DNA from: Bacteroidota bacterium
GTDB taxonomy: Bacteria; Bacteroidota; Ignavibacteria; Kapaibacteriales; NICIL-2
NCBI GenBank assembly: GCA_046052705.1
Contig: JBJOLU010000013.1
Span: 1-38,026 of the forward strand
DNA: 38,026 nt
Direction of reading: 5' to 3'
Shown: positions 33,503 through 38,026 of the stretch, one piece after another
How positions within the stretch are numbered: the stretch's first letter is position 1
How the letters are laid out: every line of letters starts with the position of its first letter
Translations under genes and position numbers: made by a program
The notes under the pieces: generated by a model
Told to the model about the DNA's origin: nothing
What the model saw: the letters and a program-made list of their open reading frames with translations, nothing else
The model's database searches: none

Positions 33503-35785
33503 ATGCTGGTAACTAGTCAGGACATACTTCGCGAATGCTCGGTAGCACTCGATACTCTGCGGGATGAATCATCAGATTATGATCTTCGTGCGCACATTTT
33601 AGCTTTACTTGCTCTATCCAAGGCGCATCTACTTCCACCACATCAACAGTCTCTTGCAACCCTTGGAAGTAATCTGAATACTGCTATTGGCTCGCTCGAA
33701 CGCATGGATCCAATGTTGCGAAACATCAGAACATTGATTTCGTTCGAGAATCTTCCGGATGGAAGGCCTATAGAGCCAACACTTCTCAAGGCGGCCATAG
33801 CAGCGATATCATCCGTACGCACCGACGATGCGTTGCTCATCTCTCGTGCTGCCGAGGCCTTCTGCTTTCAGCACACCACAAAAGACGAATCATGTTTCCT
33901 TAACCCTTTACTGTTGCGTTTAGTTTCTCTGCATGGCGGCGCAACGATACTTGATATGCAATGCGGGTCGGGACTTCGATCTATTCAGGCGCAGCGCCGT
34001 GTGTTCGAGAGCAGTTCTGGTGTATTACTTGCTCGATCTTTGCGCTGTTCTATGGAAGAAGACGACAAAGACGCGGAATGCAGAGCAAGACTCCTGGCAT
34101 ACTTGTTTGGACTTACTGCAACAATGTCTCCTGCCGGAACGGCACTCGCTCCCAGCCTACATGTGCAAAGAGAGTTCGATCGCATGTTTGTGGAAACACG
34201 AGACCGTGTGCCCGACATTGCTGGAGTTCTAAGAAGAATGGGCGAACACACCATATGCGCACTTATACTATCAGACATTGCAGCCGGATGCATGACGAAG
34301 AGGGATTTGTCGTTGCTTTTAGACCGCGATGTATTGGATTGCGTTGTTACACTGCGAAGCAGCGAACGGACACCATGGCACCTGATGATTCTAAGGGGAC
34401 GCAAACCTGTTGAACATAGACATCGTGTTTTGTTTTATGACCACATCGATCCTTTCGATGGTTTGAGCATCGACGCTATGAGTGCTGAGACAATTGCAGA
34501 GGCATATGATCGGTTTAGTAGCACGGGACGTCATTGTCGTGTGTTGCATCGTAACGAAGTTATTGCACTTAGCGACAGTTTCCTATCTGACAATGAATTT
34601 GGCATCAGAGTGAAAAATGAAACGGCAAATGTGCTCGGTGTGCGGGAGTTCGAAGAGTTGGATGAACGATTACGTGAACGCGGTTTTGATATTCATTCTC
34701 TATTCCGATTCAACTCCGGAGAAGCTACATACGAACCCGTTATTAACGACGTCCGCCTGCTTCGTACAGCAGTATCTTCCTCACCGGGATTGAAAAATGC
34801 CGAAGTACGCACGCACTATGCATTTGCAGTTTGGTGGAACATGAGTGCGCCTCTTCTAGAAGTTACCGATGCAGGTATTGGCGCACTGCACGATTCTTTC
34901 GAACGTGATATCTGTAAAGAAGGCGTATTGACTCCGCTGCAGGCGCGAGCCATTTTCCGTGATTGGTGGTGGGAAATAGATGATGATAGGGCAGTACTTT
35001 CTCTTTACGGCGCTGCTGTGGTTGCACACAAGTGGATAAATGCCTTGATTTTGGAGGCAGAGCAAAGAGAAAAGAACTTTTGGTTTGAGCTTGATATGAT
35101 GCGAAGATCCTTGCTAGAGTTATTGTGTCCGGATGTGATTCGTAAATACATTTCGCACAATGAACAAGCAGAGCTTCTTTCTCAAAGTATTGATGAACTC
35201 GCGGAGCAGGCCCCGCAAAATCTGGCTGAACTTTTGATACGTCGGAATGAGTATAATGTTACCACGAACACTCCTCAGTCAAGAAAGTTCGAAATTGCCG
35301 CTCGTCAGCGTATTACGGAGTTGAAGTCTATAGTGACTCAAATCAAAGAGCATATGACCAGACTTCATACTCATGCAAAAGATCTCCGCACGGACGAACA
35401 GCGCACCACACAGTTTGACGACACAACTTCGTTGCAGGACGATGTAGGGACTATGCTAAAGAAAATTGTTGCGGCACAGAGTGAGGCGAAGCTTCTTGAA
35501 AAGACTCTTGATCCGCTAATAGAGCTTCAACGAAAGCGCGATATTGAGTTGTTAGCACTGCAGGAACTCAGTCATCAGCTTCTTCCCGATCTCCGATTGG
35601 TTCGGAGTACGTTTACTCCACGAAATTCCCGTTCATTGGTACAGTTGCAATTCAGAGATGCATTGTCCAGACGCCTTGAGACAGCCATTGTGGCAAACCG
35701 CGATGCAATTATCTACGACTTAGAACAAGTGTGGCATCGCTTCGATGAGGCTGCTGCTTTATCGGCAGTGGAAGTAGCCGAGTAG
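33503..35785 (+). CDS. Orphan HsdM-like (N6-adenine DNA methyltransferase fold) protein with a degenerate catalytic motif and a long helical C-terminal extension
   Basis: 760 aa.
- The N-terminus is HsdM_N-like (LDTLRDESSDYDLRAHILALLALSK).
- The motif I equivalent is ATILDMQCGSG (33947-33973).
- FDRMFVETRD (34175-34204) sits where HsdM proteins have FDxxxxNPPF.
- The region downstream is ICALILSD...LLLDRDVLDCVVTLRSS...WHLMILRGRK...VLFYDHID. It mirrors the HsdM layout of g-aaivlP, L-e-leaVi-LP, ilvl-k-K and vlfiDas.
- The C-terminal ~350 aa are heptad-like and charged.
The alignment was made by eye from memory of the family. Confidence 0.55.
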   Translation: MLVTSQDILRECSVALDTLRDESSDYDLRAHILALLALSKAHLLPPHQQSLATLGSNLNTAIGSLERMDPMLRNIRTLISFENLPDGRPIEPTLLKAAIAAISSVRTDDALLISRAAEAFCFQHTTKDESCFLNPLLLRLVSLHGGATILDMQCGSGLRSIQAQRRVFESSSGVLLARSLRCSMEEDDKDAECRARLLAYLFGLTATMSPAGTALAPSLHVQREFDRMFVETRDRVPDIAGVLRRMGEHTICALILSDIAAGCMTKRDLSLLLDRDVLDCVVTLRSSERTPWHLMILRGRKPVEHRHRVLFYDHIDPFDGLSIDAMSAETIAEAYDRFSSTGRHCRVLHRNEVIALSDSFLSDNEFGIRVKNETANVLGVREFEELDERLRERGFDIHSLFRFNSGEATYEPVINDVRLLRTAVSSSPGLKNAEVRTHYAFAVWWNMSAPLLEVTDAGIGALHDSFERDICKEGVLTPLQARAIFRDWWWEIDDDRAVLSLYGAAVVAHKWINALILEAEQREKNFWFELDMMRRSLLELLCPDVIRKYISHNEQAELLSQSIDELAEQAPQNLAELLIRRNEYNVTTNTPQSRKFEIAARQRITELKSIVTQIKEHMTRLHTHAKDLRTDEQRTTQFDDTTSLQDDVGTMLKKIVAAQSEAKLLEKTLDPLIELQRKRDIELLALQELSHQLLPDLRLVRSTFTPRNSRSLVQLQFRDALSRRLETAIVANRDAIIYDLEQVWHRFDEAAALSAVEVAE

Positions 35786-35828
35786 TATAGGCCGCGAGTA
35801 GAGACCACTCCGGTAGATCGTGCCTGCG

Positions 35829-36386
35829 TCAATCTTCGCCGCACACCAAGGCTTCCGCGCGCTGCAGCGTAGCACCAAGATCGTCGTTCACAATCACTTC
35901 GTCGAACTCGTGACGGAAAGACATCTCCATTTCCGCGCGCTCCAAACGAACGCGAAGCTGATCTTCGCTTTCGGTGCTGCGTGAACGCAACCGAGATTCC
36001 AGAATAGTAAGGTCGGGCGGTGCAATGAACACCAGCAGTGTATCCTCCGGGAAGGCACGGCGCAGAGACAGCGCGCCTTTCACATCAACATCAAAAAGTA
36101 TAGTCTCGCCGGCATCAATTGCCCGTTGTACTTCTGAGCGCAATGTGCCATAAAGATTACCGAAGATCTCCTCGTACTCGATCATGTCTCCCGAACCCAC
36201 CCGATCCACAAACTCCTGACGTGTCAGAAAAAAATAATCGCGACCGTGCTCTTCGTTCGGGCGCTTGGTGCGTGTGGTAGCCGAAATACTGAACCGCCAA
36301 TCGGGATGAACCGAAAGCAAATGCCGCGCCACCGTGGTTTTACCGGCGCCGCTGGGTGCAGAAAGTACAATGAGATTTTTTCGCAC
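35829..36386 (-). CDS. gmk: Guanylate kinase
   Basis: 185 aa with a GTG start. P-loop LSAPSGAGKTT, then SATTR.KRP.E..G.DYFF, and synteny downstream of yicC. Confidence 0.92.
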   Translation of the reverse strand: MRKNLIVLSAPSGAGKTTVARHLLSVHPDWRFSISATTRTKRPNEEHGRDYFFLTRQEFVDRVGSGDMIEYEEIFGNLYGTLRSEVQRAIDAGETILFDVDVKGALSLRRAFPEDTLLVFIAPPDLTILESRLRSRSTESEDQLRVRLERAEMEMSFRHEFDEVIVNDDLGATLQRAEALVCGED

Positions 36387-36556
36387 GCGAAGTCCTCTTG
36401 GCAGGAATAACAGTAGTTCGTCAATCCTGCTTGCGCAGGAATTGAGTGGTTGATGATTTGTTTACAATACGTTGGTGCTAGTGCCGATGCATCGAGTTGA
36501 TGCTAGTGTTGATGCTTGCACGTACCCGGCGCCGTCGGCGTTGCTGCCGGCACACA

Positions 36557-37429
36557 CTACTCGATGTTTTGCACTTGCTCGCGAATACGCTCCAGCTCGT
36601 CTTTCACGGCCACAACCATGCGGGCAATGGTAGCGTCGTTGGCCTTGGAACCAATGGTATTGATCTCGCGATTCATTTCCTGCAGCATGAAGTTCATTTG
36701 GCGGCCGTTGCCTTCGCCGGTTCTCATGGCATCGTTCATAAACTTCATGTGGCTGCGCAGGCGCACACATTCTTCGGAGATATCCAGCTTATCTGCAAGC
36801 AATACAATCTCCAGCTGCAAGCGCTGCTCATCAATTTCATCAGACTCGAACAACTGTGCTACTCGGGCACGCAAACGCTCGCGCTCTTCGGGAATTCTCT
36901 TCATTCCCATTTCCTCTACCTTGTCCAGAGTTTCTTCGATGGTCTTCAAGCGCTCGCGCATGTCGCGGAGAATTTCTTTGCCTTCGTTTTTCTGCATGGT
37001 ATCAAGCGAAGCCAACGCCGATTGAATTGCTTTGGCAGCAATCTTCCATTGCATTTCTGTTTCTTTTTCGTCGTCGTCTTCCTGGCTCATCACATCGGGA
37101 ATGCCAAGCAGATCGGCCATAGAAACCGGTGTGGAGATATTCAGCTTCGAGCGCAAACTTTCCAGTGAGCGATAATACGCTTCGGCCTTCTGCGCATTTA
37201 CCACAGAGTGTGTTTTGGATTCAGACTCCACCTTCAAGAATAGCGATACCGAACCGCGCTCCAGCGACTTCTTCACCATATCACGAAGCTCGGCTTCCTT
37301 GTGCTGTAGATGCTTCGGCATCTTGCAGGAGAGCTCTAAATAGCGTCCGTTCACGCTGCGAATTTCTACGTTGACACTTACACCGTGTTCGTTGATCTGG
37401 GCTTTGCTAAACCCGGTCATGCTTTTCAT
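36557..37429 (-). CDS. yicC: YicC family stress-induced protein
   Basis: ORF 36557-37531, with internal ATG 37429 preferred (MKSMTGFSKAQINEHGVSVNVEIRSVNGRYLE). The C-terminus is the hallmark MNREINTIGSKANDATIARMVVAVKDELERIREQVQNIE. Confidence 0.9.
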   Translation of the reverse strand: MKSMTGFSKAQINEHGVSVNVEIRSVNGRYLELSCKMPKHLQHKEAELRDMVKKSLERGSVSLFLKVESESKTHSVVNAQKAEAYYRSLESLRSKLNISTPVSMADLLGIPDVMSQEDDDEKETEMQWKIAAKAIQSALASLDTMQKNEGKEILRDMRERLKTIEETLDKVEEMGMKRIPEERERLRARVAQLFESDEIDEQRLQLEIVLLADKLDISEECVRLRSHMKFMNDAMRTGEGNGRQMNFMLQEMNREINTIGSKANDATIARMVVAVKDELERIREQVQNIE

Positions 37430-37650
37430 ATTCTCTTCTCTGTATGGTAGCTCTGAATGATAGCCCCGGATGATAACTCCGGATGAAAGACTATACCGCC
37501 GCAACTGCGGCGCGCGTTTGCAAAGATACAAAGCGCATCCCTAGTGGCTTTGGCGGGCTTTGGATTTAGCCTGCGTAGCCCGCCGGGTACGCCATGCTGC
37601 GAACAGGCACGGCGTGTATATTTTGCGTCGCTTCAATAACCGGGGATTTT

Positions 37651-38026
37651 ATGACACTCAGAGTAGCACGTGTTCTCCTTGCCGTAATGGTATGTATAGC
37701 TGCCGCAGGCATAGTTTCAGCGCAGTTTATTGCGCCACTCTCCATGCCGCCGGAATCGGCCGACATGCCCTCGTGGGCTCGGTTGATGTATAGTCAACCG
37801 GTGAATATTGCAGCGCTGGACAGCGCCTACGATGCCTACATGGCTACTCACCCGGGGGAGAAGAATAATTACACCAAGTATTACCGGCGCATGCGGCGTT
37901 TAACGGCTCCGTTTGTGAGCGCCGACGGCATGCTGCGCCCGCTTACTCCGCAGGACGTACTTCGTCCCGAAGGTGGAACGGCAACCGGTTATGCAAATGG
38001 AAATGGAAATAGAAATGGAAATGCAA
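37651..38026 (+). CDS. Secreted protein, partial (N-terminal 125 codons; continues past the window end)
   Basis: Hand translation from ATG 37651 gives MTLRVARVLLAVMVCIAAAGIVSAQFIAPLSMPPESADMPSWARLMYSQPVNIAALDSAYDAYMATHPGEKNNYTKYYRRMRRL... The frame is open to the window end, and it has a signal peptide. The WxxLMY..P.N......Y..Y......K...YK.Y.RW-type N-terminus resembles those of FCB-group BNR/sortilin-like secreted proteins, judged from memory. The last 27 nt are a GGAAAT-type hexanucleotide repeat encoding NGNGNRNGN. Confidence 0.55.
   Translation, partial: MTLRVARVLLAVMVCIAAAGIVSAQFIAPLSMPPESADMPSWARLMYSQPVNIAALDSAYDAYMATHPGEKNNYTKYYRRMRRLTAPFVSADGMLRPLTPQDVLRPEGGTATGYANGNGNRNGNA

Noticed and set aside
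1-38026. A search for CRISPR arrays, tRNA/rRNA genes, transposases, integrases and long inverted terminal repeats.
   Set aside because: Reading the intergenic spacers found none. There are no regularly spaced 25-40 nt repeats, no GTTCGAATC-type T-arm signatures in spacers, and no DDE or tyrosine recombinase-like ORFs. A by-eye scan cannot exclude small or degenerate elements.

Overview
A 38 kb chromosomal segment from a Gram-negative bacterium, probably of the Fibrobacteres-Chlorobi-Bacteroidetes (FCB) group. That placement rests on two secreted proteins that end in type IX secretion (T9SS) sorting-domain-like tails. Hand counts put housekeeping genes at about 55-60% GC. I found no rRNA, tRNA, CRISPR array, transposase or integrase.

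Most of the window is core metabolism and cell biology:
- a partial ABC-F ATPase and a large FeS/FAD oxidoreductase
- the rpmH-rnpA-yidD-yidC block
- an ECF sigma / anti-sigma / lipoprotein operon
- a BNR-repeat T9SS cargo protein, an aminotransferase and an M1 aminopeptidase (also T9SS cargo)
- an isolated pyrD-ftsL-ftsI unit
- a GT-C glycosyltransferase, plsY, an aldehyde dehydrogenase, dnaX and yicC-gmk.

Two loci stand out as candidates for an undescribed system:
1. 33187-35828 is an AT-rich segment sitting where ybaB-recR normally follow dnaX. It encodes one 760-aa protein laid out like the type I restriction-modification methylase subunit HsdM. The catalytic NPPF/Y motif position reads ETRD, and the C-terminal ~350 aa form a helical extension. 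No HsdS or HsdR partner is present.
2. 7501-10577 is a self-contained two-gene unit set off by a terminator. It encodes a 4-TM membrane protein with a membrane-embedded Glu, followed by an effector-less P-loop STAND/AAA_16 ATPase with a helical-repeat C-terminus. That ATPase has a hydrophobic segment between Walker A and Walker B.

Secondary observations:
- an anti-sigma factor that appears fused to an outer-membrane-barrel-like C-terminus
- an FtsI carrying PASTA domains, detached from the rest of the dcw cell-division cluster
- several small repeat or hairpin elements in intergenic spacers.

All homology statements come from reading motifs by eye. No database search was run.
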